Shown here: in pieces, positions 10,399-20,475 of the stretch | How the letters are laid out: each line of letters starts with the position of its first letter | Position numbering within the stretch: the first letter of the stretch is position 1 | Assembly: GCA_013166775.1 (NCBI GenBank) | Contig: JABLTJ010000019.1 | Location: forward strand, 1-59,417 | Source: Promethearchaeati archaeon | Lineage (GTDB): Archaea; Asgardarchaeota; Heimdallarchaeia; Heimdallarchaeales; Heimdallarchaeaceae | Reading direction: 5' to 3' | Length of the DNA: 59,417 nucleotides | Notes under the pieces: model-generated | What the model saw: the letters and a program-made list of their open reading frames with translations, nothing else | The model's database searches: none | What the model was told of the DNA's origin: nothing | Program-made: the position numbers and the translations under genes

Positions 10399-10552
10399 GC
10401 TATCTTGCCAATATACAAACCCATTGATTATTACACTGCTATCAGTAAATATTGGGATAGAATGTATAAAAAAATATTTCTTCAAATTAACGGCTTGATA
10501 CTTTAAGTGATCGTTATACAATTTTACCTTAGAGTAAAAAAATAAGTTCTCT

Positions 10553-10891
10553 TTACGATTTCACAGGAAATGTTCTGAGTTTGTAAATAGTCTCATCTCC
10601 CTTAGCCCAATTCTTCAAATTCGCTAACCTTTCACCATTATCACCATGTTCAGGGTGATCAAATGCTTGTTGGAGTTCAGTACAGGGGAGATCCGAGCAG
10701 AAACCGCAATGAAGAAATCTTTTATCTATACAGCATTTTGCTACCCCGCATTCTCCATAGAACATTTCACTTTTGCTTAATTGACATCCAGGACAGTTTG
10801 TTTTCTCCTTCCATTCGCATATCCCGCAGTACGCACCGCACATACCTATTAGATCTTTGTCCATTAATCTCATCCATTCTAGATTTTTCAT
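10553..10891 (-). CDS. DUF3795-like small Cys-rich protein
   Basis: CGAYCGIC, CPGC, CGVAKCC, HCGFCSDLPC; paralog at 55385. Confidence 0.8.
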   Translation of the reverse strand: MKNLEWMRLMDKDLIGMCGAYCGICEWKEKTNCPGCQLSKSEMFYGECGVAKCCIDKRFLHCGFCSDLPCTELQQAFDHPEHGDNGERLANLKNWAKGDETIYKLRTFPVKS

Positions 10892-10929
10892 CTATTAAAT
10901 ATGCTTAAAATCTTTATTTCGTGATAAAA

Positions 10930-11370
10930 AAATAAACAGGGATAATATAAGGATATTCATTTTCATTCGTGCCAGCGATAATCTCAAAATCCTTCGCAAT
11001 CCCTTTTTGAACTGCTTCATAAAAATGCATAGGTAACACATCACCATCAACATAGGGGGGATAATGTTCTGCCAATGAGAATCCTCATTTTGATTTTTCG
11101 AATGTTTCAACAAGATCCCTTGAATGAATTTTACGAGTAGCATCCATATTACCATATTCAATCCCAACGGCTGAAAAAATTTTTATTGAATTCTTCCCCA
11201 TTATCTGGCTTATGATCATAAAGTGTCGCAACATTGCTTTCAAAAATACCTTTCTTGAATAAATCTTTGGCGGTAGGCATAATCATTAAACATGAAACGG
11301 ACAACCTTCTGGCACTCTGACTGAAAACTGTTATGTTCTCATAATCACCACCAAAATATTCTATTTGTAT
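10930..11370 (-). pseudogene. Decayed internal fragment of a type-B carboxylesterase
   Basis: IEYFGGDYENITVFSQSARRLSVSCLMIMPTAKDLFKKGIFES matches the FGGDPxNVTVFGESAG...GLFHKAILQSG pattern with the GxSAG glycines lost. Another frame gives PYVDGDVLP...IIAGTNENE. Internal stops and a frameshift. Boundaries approximate. Confidence 0.75.
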
Positions 11371-11504
11371 AGGTTTGATTATTAAGAGACGCAGTGAAAA
11401 GGAAATTACAGATATTGACGAATTATCTGCATTATTGGTGAGTGAAAAAGTATGTAGAATCACTATAAATGATGAAAAATATATTTTTTTTACTTTGCAA
11501 TTGG

Positions 11505-12353
11505 TCACCCATCCAGTTTTTCTTTTACTACATCATATGTCCTTCTGATGGATGATTTTACCAATTCATCAAAACCTTCAATGTCCATTGATTTTAGTAC
11601 AGGAAAATCTTTTCTAGTATCAAGTTCCTCCTTTAGATAACCATTTTCAATGTACTTCTTCATCCAATTTATACATCTCTCAAAATAGTTGATTTGATTT
11701 AGAATCTCACCTTTATCAGTAATTTCACCATGTCCTGGTATAATCTTTTTTGGGGATAAATCCAACATATTCTGATAAACTTCCAACCACGTAAAGATAT
11801 CCGCGTTTGGATCTCCAAAAAAAGGTGTCATTCCACTGAAGAGCAGATCACCTGTAATGAGAATTTTCTCTTCGGGAATAAAGATGTAACTGTTACCAGC
11901 AGAATGACCATCACCTTGATAAATTTCTATGGTTATTTTTTCATCAGTAATCTGGTATTCCCTCTCGAAGGTTATGTTCGGAAAAACAATTCTAAAATCA
12001 GCGAAAGTTTCCGGTTCTTCTTCCTTCATTTTAGCAATGTTTTCATCTGTCCAGTAAGTTGTCATGTAACTTTTCATATCTTCAAGAGTTGCTTTGGAAG
12101 ATATAATTTCACAGTCTTTAAATGCTTGATTTCCAAAGACATGATCCCAATGCTGATGCGTCAGAATCAACTGTTTAGCTGGAAGTTTAAACTGTTTCTC
12201 TGCTTCTAACCTCACATTTTTAGCTGTTATGGGTTCTCTTCCTGAATCTATAAACACGAGTTTATTTTTCAGTTTGATAATTGAAATATGTCCTTCGTAA
12301 ATAGGAGTACAATAATCCCAAACAGAATCTGAAATCTGATCTAGCTTAATCAT
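11505..12353 (-). CDS. MBL-fold metallo-hydrolase
   Basis: IDSG, THQHWDH, GHS, TGD, PGHG. Confidence 0.9.
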   Translation of the reverse strand: MIKLDQISDSVWDYCTPIYEGHISIIKLKNKLVFIDSGREPITAKNVRLEAEKQFKLPAKQLILTHQHWDHVFGNQAFKDCEIISSKATLEDMKSYMTTYWTDENIAKMKEEEPETFADFRIVFPNITFEREYQITDEKITIEIYQGDGHSAGNSYIFIPEEKILITGDLLFSGMTPFFGDPNADIFTWLEVYQNMLDLSPKKIIPGHGEITDKGEILNQINYFERCINWMKKYIENGYLKEELDTRKDFPVLKSMDIEGFDELVKSSIRRTYDVVKEKLDG

Positions 12354-12417
12354 TTTAACGTTTTTAATTAGGATTTTAATCTTTTAAAAGTATCTCACTA
12401 GAGATTGAAATTTCTCA

Positions 12418-13299
12418 TTATTTGGAATAATGATTGAATAAGAACTCCAAAGCTGTAGGAATCTGCCAATCAATTGCAGGTTCATAAGGATAATCTGGGA
12501 CTTCAACTTCTTCAGGTTTCTTTCCTTCAGAAATTGCTTTCAGAACTGTTTTCTTTAGCTCCTTCATGAACTCTAATTGTTCCTTTACATACTCCTTACT
12601 AACTATAGGACCATGACCAGGGATTATTTTTTCAACATCAAGTTTTAGTATTTCTTCAAATGATTCTATCCATTTATCAGGATTACCAGTGGGGTCGCTC
12701 ATGAATATCCAGTATCCTGCACCTATCTCATCTCCAATGAAGAGAGTTTTATCTTTTGGAAAGTAAGCATAGGTAGAACAGGAAGAGTGTCCGCCTGAAT
12801 TTACAAACTCAATGTATAAATCACCATCTTCAAGTAGATACTCATTTTCAAATTCTTTTTGTGGAATAGTAATTTCAATCTCTTCAATAAAATCAGCTAA
12901 TTCAGGTTGTTCTTTCTTCCAATCATCAAATGCTTCTTTCTCCCATGAATCCGCTAACTTTCCTTTCATGTTTTCAACAAGTGCTTTAGAACCTATAACT
13001 TCTAAATCTTTGAAAGCAGACATACCGAAAACATGATCTCCATGCATATGGGTTAGAAAGAGATATTTAATCGGTAACTCGTATTTTTCCTCTATTCTTT
13101 TTCGAAAATCCATTGCTTGTCTTGGATAAGAAAGAGAATCGATTATTACTATGTAATTATTCAGAATGATAGCACCAGCATTAAGATTATAATAATCTTT
13201 CCAGGTTGTATAAACAGTGTTGGGTGCTAATTCCTTTATTTCGAATGGAATACCTATCTTAGATTCATTCATATTAATCGTCTTAAAAGAAGTAAACAC
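12418..13299 (-). CDS. MBL-fold metallo-hydrolase
   Basis: THMHGDH, GGHS, IGD, PGHG. Confidence 0.9.
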   Translation of the reverse strand: MFTSFKTINMNESKIGIPFEIKELAPNTVYTTWKDYYNLNAGAIILNNYIVIIDSLSYPRQAMDFRKRIEEKYELPIKYLFLTHMHGDHVFGMSAFKDLEVIGSKALVENMKGKLADSWEKEAFDDWKKEQPELADFIEEIEITIPQKEFENEYLLEDGDLYIEFVNSGGHSSCSTYAYFPKDKTLFIGDEIGAGYWIFMSDPTGNPDKWIESFEEILKLDVEKIIPGHGPIVSKEYVKEQLEFMKELKKTVLKAISEGKKPEEVEVPDYPYEPAIDWQIPTALEFLFNHYSK

Positions 13300-13471
13300 A
13301 CTAAATAATTTTCTCCTTATAGTTGTAAAGAAAAAAAGAGTGAAGAAGTTAAAGATATTATATGTTCAGATTATTTATTCTGAAAACTCCTCATCATTAA
13401 TCCGAAGGATTTCAATATGAGTACTTATTATTGTTTATTGAATAGTCTTAAATACGATCTTAATCCCAATC

Positions 13472-13984
13472 TTGATATCAGATATTGGTGAAAAAATGAG
13501 TAAAACATTGATTGTATATGGAACAAGATTCGGAGCTACTGAAAAATCCTCTGAAGTAATTGCTAGTGTTCTAAGAGAAAAATTCAATCATGAAGTTGAT
13601 GTAATTAAACTCTCCAGCCAATCAGGAGATATTGATTACACAGATTATGATAATGTTATAATAGGCTCAAGTTTAGCAATGTTTAGCTGGACAAAGAGAC
13701 CCAAGAAATTTCTAAAAAACGATTTTGGTGAAAAGAAAATTTTTGTTTTCATTTCATCAGCAGCTCTTACTTACCAAGCAAAATTAGATGGTAACATGGA
13801 GAAATATGAAAAATGGAAAAATAGATTCCTAGATAATGTAGTTAAGAAAAGAATGAAAGTCAAACCCGTTTCTACTATGGTTCTTGGTGGTTGGATTAAG
13901 AATAATAAGGGAGGATATGACTTAAATAATTGGAATGAAGAAGATGCTATAAATTGGGCCGAAGAAATAGGTCAAAATACATAA
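13472..13984 (+). CDS. Flavodoxin-domain protein (HemG/Flavodoxin_5-like; likely start ATG 13496)
   Basis: LIVYGTRFGATEK FMN loop, YDNVIIGSS, terminal WAEEI; GGTGA RBS at 13487-13491. Confidence 0.8.
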   Translation: MISDIGEKMSKTLIVYGTRFGATEKSSEVIASVLREKFNHEVDVIKLSSQSGDIDYTDYDNVIIGSSLAMFSWTKRPKKFLKNDFGEKKIFVFISSAALTYQAKLDGNMEKYEKWKNRFLDNVVKKRMKVKPVSTMVLGGWIKNNKGGYDLNNWNEEDAINWAEEIGQNT

Positions 13985-14009
13985 CTAAAAACTAATATTT
14001 AACTATATT

Positions 14010-14396
14010 ATGGAGCAGTTCATGCTTCTTTCATTAGTAAGTGGAATTTATTCATTAATTATAGGTGTAGGAATAATTGGTCTTTGGTTGATGTTAATTT
14101 TAACTAAACAAGTTCCAGAAATTAAAAGTGAACCTATAGCAATTGGTTTTCATATTGTTGTTGAAAATATCATGGGAATTCTGTCTGTACTAAGTGGAAT
14201 AATGTTTCTTCTAAATATAACAGGGGGATCTTTAATGTTTATTTTAACATCAGGATTAGTGATTTATGCAGTAATTAATTCGGCAGGTTATTATGGACAA
14301 AAGAAACAATGGTCTTTCGTTTGTATGTTTGGAGCAATACTAGTCACATCAATTACCTTAGTGATTTTTCATATCTTAGATTTCTTCATAGCTTAG
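14010..14396 (+). CDS. 4-TM membrane protein, paralog of 46115..46492
   Basis: Four hydrophobic segments; shares KQVPEIK, VIYAVIN and GYYGQKK with the paralog. Confidence 0.75.
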   Translation: MEQFMLLSLVSGIYSLIIGVGIIGLWLMLILTKQVPEIKSEPIAIGFHIVVENIMGILSVLSGIMFLLNITGGSLMFILTSGLVIYAVINSAGYYGQKKQWSFVCMFGAILVTSITLVIFHILDFFIA

Positions 14397-14451
14397 AAAA
14401 TTGTTTTTTCTCACAAGATTTTAAAATATTAAATGAGATAATCATATTTAG

Positions 14452-14714
14452 GTGAAAAATCTGAAAAAAGAGAAAGTTGGAGAAGTTTTCACATTTTTTG
14501 TTAAGCTTAGTGCTGCGGCTTTAAATATAACTGGAAAGATCAGCGTAGGAGATAAATAATTAATTCAGAAGCTATTACAAATTTTAAGACTGTTGTGAAA
14601 TCTATGCAAATTGAAGGAGAGAAAATGGAATCTGTAAAGAAAGGACAACAGGTAGGAATCAAAGTTACTGATAGGATTAGACAAAATGATAAAATTTTCA
14701 AAATAATTGAGTAA
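14452..14714 (+). pseudogene. Small translation-elongation-factor-like beta-barrel protein, frameshifted
   Basis: Not in the ORF track. KEKVGEVFTFFVKLSAAALNITGKISVGDK*, then a shifted frame TNFKTVVKSMQIEGEKMESVKKGQQVGIKVTDRIRQNDKIFKIIE*. Matches the ~85-aa family pattern (KVGD...SMQI...GIKV). Confidence 0.7.
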
Positions 14715-14723
14715 GTAAGATAC

Positions 14724-15572
14724 TCACTCTTCCGATAACTTCTCAAAAACCACATCGAATGTTCTATTTTTGGATCTGTTAAATAGCATCTCAAAATTAT
14801 CATAAGGTTCGAAGTCAAGAATTGGAAAATCTTTCATTTCTTCTAGATTTTCTTTTTTTCCTCCTTCTTCGATGTAAGATTCCATCCATGAAACTACTTT
14901 TTCCATGTAATCTAATTGTAATTTCATTTCTTCAATCTTAGAAATAGGGCCATGACCTGGAATAATTACTTTGGGAGATAGAGAAATCATTTCTTTATAT
15001 GCTTCAATCCATTTATATGGATCTGTAGTATCATCTCCAAAATAAGGAATTTCTTCTGCAAATAACAAATCTCCAGCGATTAGAATTTCTTCTTCAGGTA
15101 TGTAGATATAACTACTTCCTTGTGTGTGTCCATCAGTTTGAATAATGTTTAATGTTAAATTTTCATTATAAATTACATACTCTCCCTCAAATGTCTTGTT
15201 TGGAAAAACGAATTTAAGATCTCCAAAATCTTCTGGTTCTTTGTTTCTTAAACTATCAATGTTCTCATCTCTCCAATATGATTTTAAAATTTCTAGAATT
15301 GGTTGAGAACAGATAATTTCACAATCATCAAAAAACTGGTTACCAAGAACATGATCCCCATGATGATGAGTTATAATAAGTTGCTTAACGGGTAATCCAG
15401 TTATCTTTTCTGCTTGTTCTCTAGCTTTTTTAATCACTTTGGGAAAGTAACCGGAATCAATGAATACAATACTATCTTTTAATTTTACAAAAGCTACATG
15501 ACCGAAAGTTTCTCTTTCAACATGAGCCCAAACTGAATTTGATACTTGTTCAAATTTAACCATACTAATCAC
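14724..15572 (-). CDS. MBL-fold metallo-hydrolase (close paralog of 11505..12353)
   Basis: IDSG, THHHGDH, GHT, AGD, PGHG. Confidence 0.9.
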   Translation of the reverse strand: MISMVKFEQVSNSVWAHVERETFGHVAFVKLKDSIVFIDSGYFPKVIKKAREQAEKITGLPVKQLIITHHHGDHVLGNQFFDDCEIICSQPILEILKSYWRDENIDSLRNKEPEDFGDLKFVFPNKTFEGEYVIYNENLTLNIIQTDGHTQGSSYIYIPEEEILIAGDLLFAEEIPYFGDDTTDPYKWIEAYKEMISLSPKVIIPGHGPISKIEEMKLQLDYMEKVVSWMESYIEEGGKKENLEEMKDFPILDFEPYDNFEMLFNRSKNRTFDVVFEKLSEE

Positions 15573-15620
15573 AGATAATTCTCTAAAGAACTTATATAGA
15601 TTTGGAGGAGATAAGAGATA

Positions 15621-16049
15621 TTAAGATATACTCTCTTTTTCTTCTTTTCTCCTTCTTGCGAGGAATATATCGGCTATGATAAGAGAAGTAATTACAACAG
15701 GAATTGCAATTCCTATTGTTATGTACAATGCTATGTAATTGATTGGACTTCTTACATAGAAACCAGAAAATATAATCATGTATGTACTAAGTCCAATTGC
15801 TAGAAGATAGAGAATTCTCACAAACATTGTTATTGCAAAATCATCTTTCTTTTTTGTTAATTGCATAAAACCGAATCCAATTATTGCTACATTAAGAAAA
15901 CCACAAGCAATAGCAATAATACCAGCTGAAAGAAGAGGAGTATCTGCAAAGAATAAAGATACAATAAAAGCTAAGACACCAACTAAAATCATTCCAACAG
16001 AAACATAGAAATATAGTTTCAATTCTTCTGGAACGTGAATAGAAGTCAT
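15621..16049 (-). CDS. 4-TM hypothetical membrane protein
   Basis: Four hydrophobic segments and a basic tail. Confidence 0.7.
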   Translation of the reverse strand: MTSIHVPEELKLYFYVSVGMILVGVLAFIVSLFFADTPLLSAGIIAIACGFLNVAIIGFGFMQLTKKKDDFAITMFVRILYLLAIGLSTYMIIFSGFYVRSPINYIALYITIGIAIPVVITSLIIADIFLARRRKEEKESIS

Positions 16050-16125
16050 TAATCTCTATGAAACTCTTATTCCTTTTAAATTCTTTTAGATATTCAGATT
16101 GATTTTTTCAACTTAAAAGAATACA

Positions 16126-16689
16126 CTATTTACTTGCTTCTAACTGGTACACCAACCATGTAAAAGCTTCTACCACTCCCTTCCCAGTTAGGGCACTACA
16201 ATCAAAAACAGCGAAGGTTCTATCTACCATATCCAGATGAAGATTCAGAAGCTGTATCATCATTGGTGCCTGAATAGCTGCTGGAAGATCTTGTTTATTT
16301 GCTAGAATTAATGCTGGAACTTTCTCTAAAAGTACATTGTTCACCACATGAACTCTAAGAATATCACGTGCTTCAGGTAATCTTTCGATATCTGCAGCGT
16401 CTATCACAAAAATCACAGCTGAACAACCAGGATAATGAATATCCCATAAAAATCTGAATTGATGTTGACCTGCTACATCAACAGTTGTAATGTCCCAGCC
16501 CTCGAAATTTATTGTATCAATATTTTGTCCAATTGTTGGTGTTAACCCTGCTTGAAAAGTGCCAGTATTAACAAATTTTGTTAGAGTTGTTTTTCCAGCT
16601 GCGTCTAGTCCCAGAATGAGTATTTTGGCTTTCTTCTCTGCGCGTAATTTTCTTATTAACCACCGAGAGAAATTAGACATAAGGCTCAT
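16126..16689 (-). CDS. Arf-family small GTPase
   Basis: GLDAAGKTT, PTIG, DVAGQ, W-x-x-x-Y (LWDIHY), NKQD, CSA; N-terminal amphipathic helix. Confidence 0.9.
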   Translation of the reverse strand: MSLMSNFSRWLIRKLRAEKKAKILILGLDAAGKTTLTKFVNTGTFQAGLTPTIGQNIDTINFEGWDITTVDVAGQHQFRFLWDIHYPGCSAVIFVIDAADIERLPEARDILRVHVVNNVLLEKVPALILANKQDLPAAIQAPMMIQLLNLHLDMVDRTFAVFDCSALTGKGVVEAFTWLVYQLEASK

Positions 16690-16920
16690 TTGAGTACTCC
16701 TGTAATTGTTGTTTCTTCCACTGGATAAATCAGTCTTCTGAATTTGTTTATATACTTTAAGCTATTGGCTTCTTTTAAGAATAGTGATACTCTAAATGCA
16801 TCTAATTGGAATCCTATTTGATGTATTCAATTCGAAATTATATTTATAAGTTCTCAAGCATAGATTTTAGTATCAAAGTGATTCACAGTTGAAAGAAAAA
16901 GAGAAAGAAGAAGTAGAAAG

Positions 16921-18327
16921 CTAAAGCGATGAAGAGGAATCGCTTAATTCAACATATTTAGGAGTTATAAAAATTCCACTTCCTCTTTTAGTAAGGAATT
17001 GTCCTTCTTCGTAAACAATTTCTCCTCTAATAATTGTCTTTTCTATTTTTCCCTGTAGTTTCCACCCATCAAAAATTGTGATTTTTTGTTTTGTGAACAT
17101 GTTTTCATTTTCTAAAGTATGTTCTCTTTTCATATCTATAATGATAAAATCAGCATCCGAATTCAGGGATAGAGTTCCCTTATTCGGATATATTCCAAAT
17201 CTCTTCGCAGGATTTACTGAAGTTACTTCTACATATCTCTGCAGGGAAAGTTTCTCCTTGTTAACTGCATCTAACAATAACGGAATCATCGTCTCTAAAC
17301 CAGGAGTACCCGATCCTACTCCAAAAATCCCATTCTCTTTTTTACTAGTATCCTTTTCTTCGTAGCTATATGGTGAATGATCTGAAGCTATTATGTCTAT
17401 AGTGCCGTCATTTAATGCTTTCCAAGCAGCTTCCATATGTTCTTTCGACCTTATTGGAGGATCAGATTTAGCCCAAGCACCTATCTTTTCTGCATCATCT
17501 GAAGTTAAGAATAAATGATGAGGAGTAATTTCACACGTTATATCCCATCCTTTCTGTTTAGCTATTTTGATAGAATCGAAAGCATTCTTTGAACTCATAT
17601 GCACTAGATTCAATTTCGCTTTGGCACGATTAGCTAGTTGCATTGCACGGATGCAAGCTTCATCTTCAGCAATTGCAGGTCGAGAATCGGTATGTGCTTG
17701 GAAATCATACTTACCAATTGAAGAAAGTCTATTAATTTCATTATTTATGATAACATCATTTTCTGCATGAATACAGCTAACGGAGTCTACTTCAGCAATT
17801 TTCGAAAAGATCTTTAGTAGAAAAGAATCGTTTTTTGCAGAAAGATCCTTGAGTTCGTACATTTCTTCTGGAGCATCTATCATGAAAGTTTTAAAAGCTA
17901 TAGCACCTCTTGAAACTAATTCGTTAATTGATCTGATATTAGTATAACCTGCAGAACCAATAAGTCCATAATCAACCAAACTTCTTTCTTTCATAGCATT
18001 TAGTTGCATATCAAATGATTCAGTTACTGATTTACCTCTGATTCCCATAGGCATTTCCAAAATAGTAGTTATCCCTCCAGAAGAAGCTGCCTGTGTTCCT
18101 GTATAGAAATCTTCTCTATAAGAAAACTCCAGATCTAAAATGTGAGTATGAACATCTATTCCACCAGGTAAAATTAATTGATTTTCAGCATTAATTGTTT
18201 TATCAGCCTTTGGAAGAGTTTTTGTCTGACCGATTGCAACAATTTTCCCGTTATCTATACTTAATCCTGTTTCAATCAGTTCATTTTCTACAAACACTTT
18301 TCCGTTAATGATATTCAGATCAATCAT
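16921..18327 (-). CDS. Cyclic amidohydrolase (allantoinase/hydantoinase-like)
   Basis: PGGIDVHTH, FKTFM, HAEN, HMSS, CEITPHH, ASDHSP. Lacks the HxHLR arginine typical of dihydroorotases. Confidence 0.85.
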   Translation of the reverse strand: MIDLNIINGKVFVENELIETGLSIDNGKIVAIGQTKTLPKADKTINAENQLILPGGIDVHTHILDLEFSYREDFYTGTQAASSGGITTILEMPMGIRGKSVTESFDMQLNAMKERSLVDYGLIGSAGYTNIRSINELVSRGAIAFKTFMIDAPEEMYELKDLSAKNDSFLLKIFSKIAEVDSVSCIHAENDVIINNEINRLSSIGKYDFQAHTDSRPAIAEDEACIRAMQLANRAKAKLNLVHMSSKNAFDSIKIAKQKGWDITCEITPHHLFLTSDDAEKIGAWAKSDPPIRSKEHMEAAWKALNDGTIDIIASDHSPYSYEEKDTSKKENGIFGVGSGTPGLETMIPLLLDAVNKEKLSLQRYVEVTSVNPAKRFGIYPNKGTLSLNSDADFIIIDMKREHTLENENMFTKQKITIFDGWKLQGKIEKTIIRGEIVYEEGQFLTKRGSGIFITPKYVELSDSSSSL

Positions 18328-18396
18328 ATACCTTCTATCCGATTATTTTTTGCAGTACTTTTATTTTATAGTAGAATAATATATCTTTAAATCTTC

Positions 18397-19800
18397 GTGA
18401 GTAGTGAACAAAATATGCTAAAGAAAGATAATACACTCATTTTTTCTGGTGCATCTCCAGCCAAAGTTATGAAGGATTTACAACCACTAGTTGATTTCCA
18501 AGATGAGGGGATTTCAACTGAAGAGCTCAATCAGATGTTAGAAGAGAAATTACTTCCTCATTTGATGAAATATAACCATCCAGGATTTCTTTCTATGTTT
18601 AATGATTTTCCTGAAAAAGGGGCAAAAATGGGTGCAAAACTTTCTCTAGAATATAATCAAGGAGTAACAGATTGGTATGTGTCACCTGGTGGAGCAATGC
18701 TTGAAGAACTCTGTATTAAAGCACTTTGTTCTCTTTTCAAACTAGATGCGGGTTCAGATGGAACATTTATGTATTCAGGAACTTATGCAAATCAAGAAGC
18801 TTTATATCTAGCACTCCATTGGAAAGCTGAACAAGAAGGGTTTGATTTTTCACAAGAAGGATTCAGAGGTTTTAAAAATCCAGAACGATTAGTAGTTTTA
18901 ACCTCTGTTGATGCACATTTTTCACTTAAGCATGCAGTAAGAATTTTGGGATTAGGAGACAAGAATCTTCTGACCCTTGAAGTTGATAAAAATAGAAGAA
19001 TAGATATATCTCTAATGCAAGAAGCTATAGAAAAATTACAAGAAAATCACGATATCTTCTGTGTTGTCGCAACTACAGGAACAACTTCTACAGGATCAAT
19101 CGATAATGTGCAACAAATCTTCGAGGTTTGTCAGAGAATAGATGCTTGGCTACATGTAGATGGTGCTTATGGTTTAGCCTATTCATTGGTTCCTGAATAT
19201 AGAGAAAGATTCAGTGGCATTGAATTTGCAGATTCTGTTTCATGGGATCCACATAAGCAATTTGGAATCCCTATTCCAAACTCCATTCTTTTTGTTCGTC
19301 GCAAAGAAGATTTTAATCGAATGGCATTGCGTAGTGACTATATTTATCGAGAAGGAGAAAGCGTTCCAAGTCCTGGATTGAAATCACCTCCATCTACACG
19401 ACCATTTTCAGCATTACCTCTAGTTACTTCAATTAGACATCAAGGAATCACCAAGATTCATGAAAGACTTAGATCACCACTTCAAGCTATTGAATCAATT
19501 TACAATACACTCAAAACTGATTCAGAAATAGAACTATGTAACGAACCTGAAACTGGTATAATTTGCTTCCGCATCAAAAATGAGCAAATTTCTGAAAATC
19601 AGATGAATCGGTTTCTAAAACTAGTTTATGAGGATGTTATATCAGAAGGAAAACATTCTATATCTTTCACGAAACTAGGAAATAAAGCGGTTCTTAGATT
19701 AGTAGCAATAACACCAACTACAGCAGAAATTTTAATGAAAACTATTTCATATGTGAAAAAGAAAGCTAGTATCGTTGCTAATAGAGGTGTACAATCATGA
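18397..19800 (+). CDS. Group II PLP-dependent decarboxylase (Ddc/GAD-like)
   Basis: SGTYAN, AHFS, GTTSTGSID, WLHVDGAYG, DPHK (PLP lysine). Confidence 0.9.
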   Translation: MSSEQNMLKKDNTLIFSGASPAKVMKDLQPLVDFQDEGISTEELNQMLEEKLLPHLMKYNHPGFLSMFNDFPEKGAKMGAKLSLEYNQGVTDWYVSPGGAMLEELCIKALCSLFKLDAGSDGTFMYSGTYANQEALYLALHWKAEQEGFDFSQEGFRGFKNPERLVVLTSVDAHFSLKHAVRILGLGDKNLLTLEVDKNRRIDISLMQEAIEKLQENHDIFCVVATTGTTSTGSIDNVQQIFEVCQRIDAWLHVDGAYGLAYSLVPEYRERFSGIEFADSVSWDPHKQFGIPIPNSILFVRRKEDFNRMALRSDYIYREGESVPSPGLKSPPSTRPFSALPLVTSIRHQGITKIHERLRSPLQAIESIYNTLKTDSEIELCNEPETGIICFRIKNEQISENQMNRFLKLVYEDVISEGKHSISFTKLGNKAVLRLVAITPTTAEILMKTISYVKKKASIVANRGVQS

Positions 19801-20468
19801 GAATATTGATTATTAATCCAAATAGTGATTTGGAAATGACTAAAGCAATTCAAAAAACTGCAGATACTTTTGTTGATAATGATATCCAGATTGTTTGTAA
19901 ACACACAATTGGTGCACCTAAATTCATAGAAACCTACGAAGACCAAATCAAAGCTGCTCCTGGAATGATAAAATTAGTTAGAGAAAATGAGAATGAATTT
20001 GATGGTTTCGTTATTGCATGTCATTGTGATCCCAATTTAGATGTAATCAAAGAAATAACTAGCAAACCTGTTGTAGGAATAGGAGAAGCTTCTATGAAAT
20101 TAGCTTCAATGATTGGACATAGTTTTTCCGTTATTTCAATGACTGAACAGTCCATCCCTAATAAGGAAGTTTTAATTGGAAAATATCATCTTCAAGATGT
20201 TTTAGCTTCTGTTAGAGCGCCAAATGAACAGCATAAAAGCCTGAGTGATGAAGAAAAATACTTGGAAACAGCTAAACTTGCAATAAAAGAGGATAAAGCT
20301 GAAGTAATTGTTTTGGGGTGCGCAGGAATGACTGGAATGGATAAAAGACTAGAAAAAAAACTTGGTGTTCCAGTTCTAGATGGTGTTGTTTGTGCGCTTA
20401 TTATTCTAATTGGTTTAATAAAAAATAAAATCTCAACAAGCAAAATCAGAAGATATAAATCTTCGTAA
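19797..20468 (+). CDS. Hydantoin/allantoin racemase (Asp/Glu/hydantoin racemase family)
   Basis: INPNS, ACHCDP, GIGEAS, LGCAGM, PVLDG; 4-nt overlap with the decarboxylase. Confidence 0.9.
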   Translation: MRILIINPNSDLEMTKAIQKTADTFVDNDIQIVCKHTIGAPKFIETYEDQIKAAPGMIKLVRENENEFDGFVIACHCDPNLDVIKEITSKPVVGIGEASMKLASMIGHSFSVISMTEQSIPNKEVLIGKYHLQDVLASVRAPNEQHKSLSDEEKYLETAKLAIKEDKAEVIVLGCAGMTGMDKRLEKKLGVPVLDGVVCALIILIGLIKNKISTSKIRRYKSS

Positions 20469-20475
20469 CCTTTAA

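Noticed and set aside
10895-11508. ORFs 10895..11167 and 11158..11508 as real genes
   Set aside because: Better explained as frames crossing a decayed carboxylesterase.
14540-14818. 92-aa minus-strand ORF
   Set aside because: Overlaps the MBL gene and is antisense to the EF-like pseudogene; no motif.
16921-18327. pyrC (dihydroorotase) assignment
   Set aside because: Lacks the substrate-binding Arg after HxH, and the racemase context favours an allantoinase/hydantoinase.
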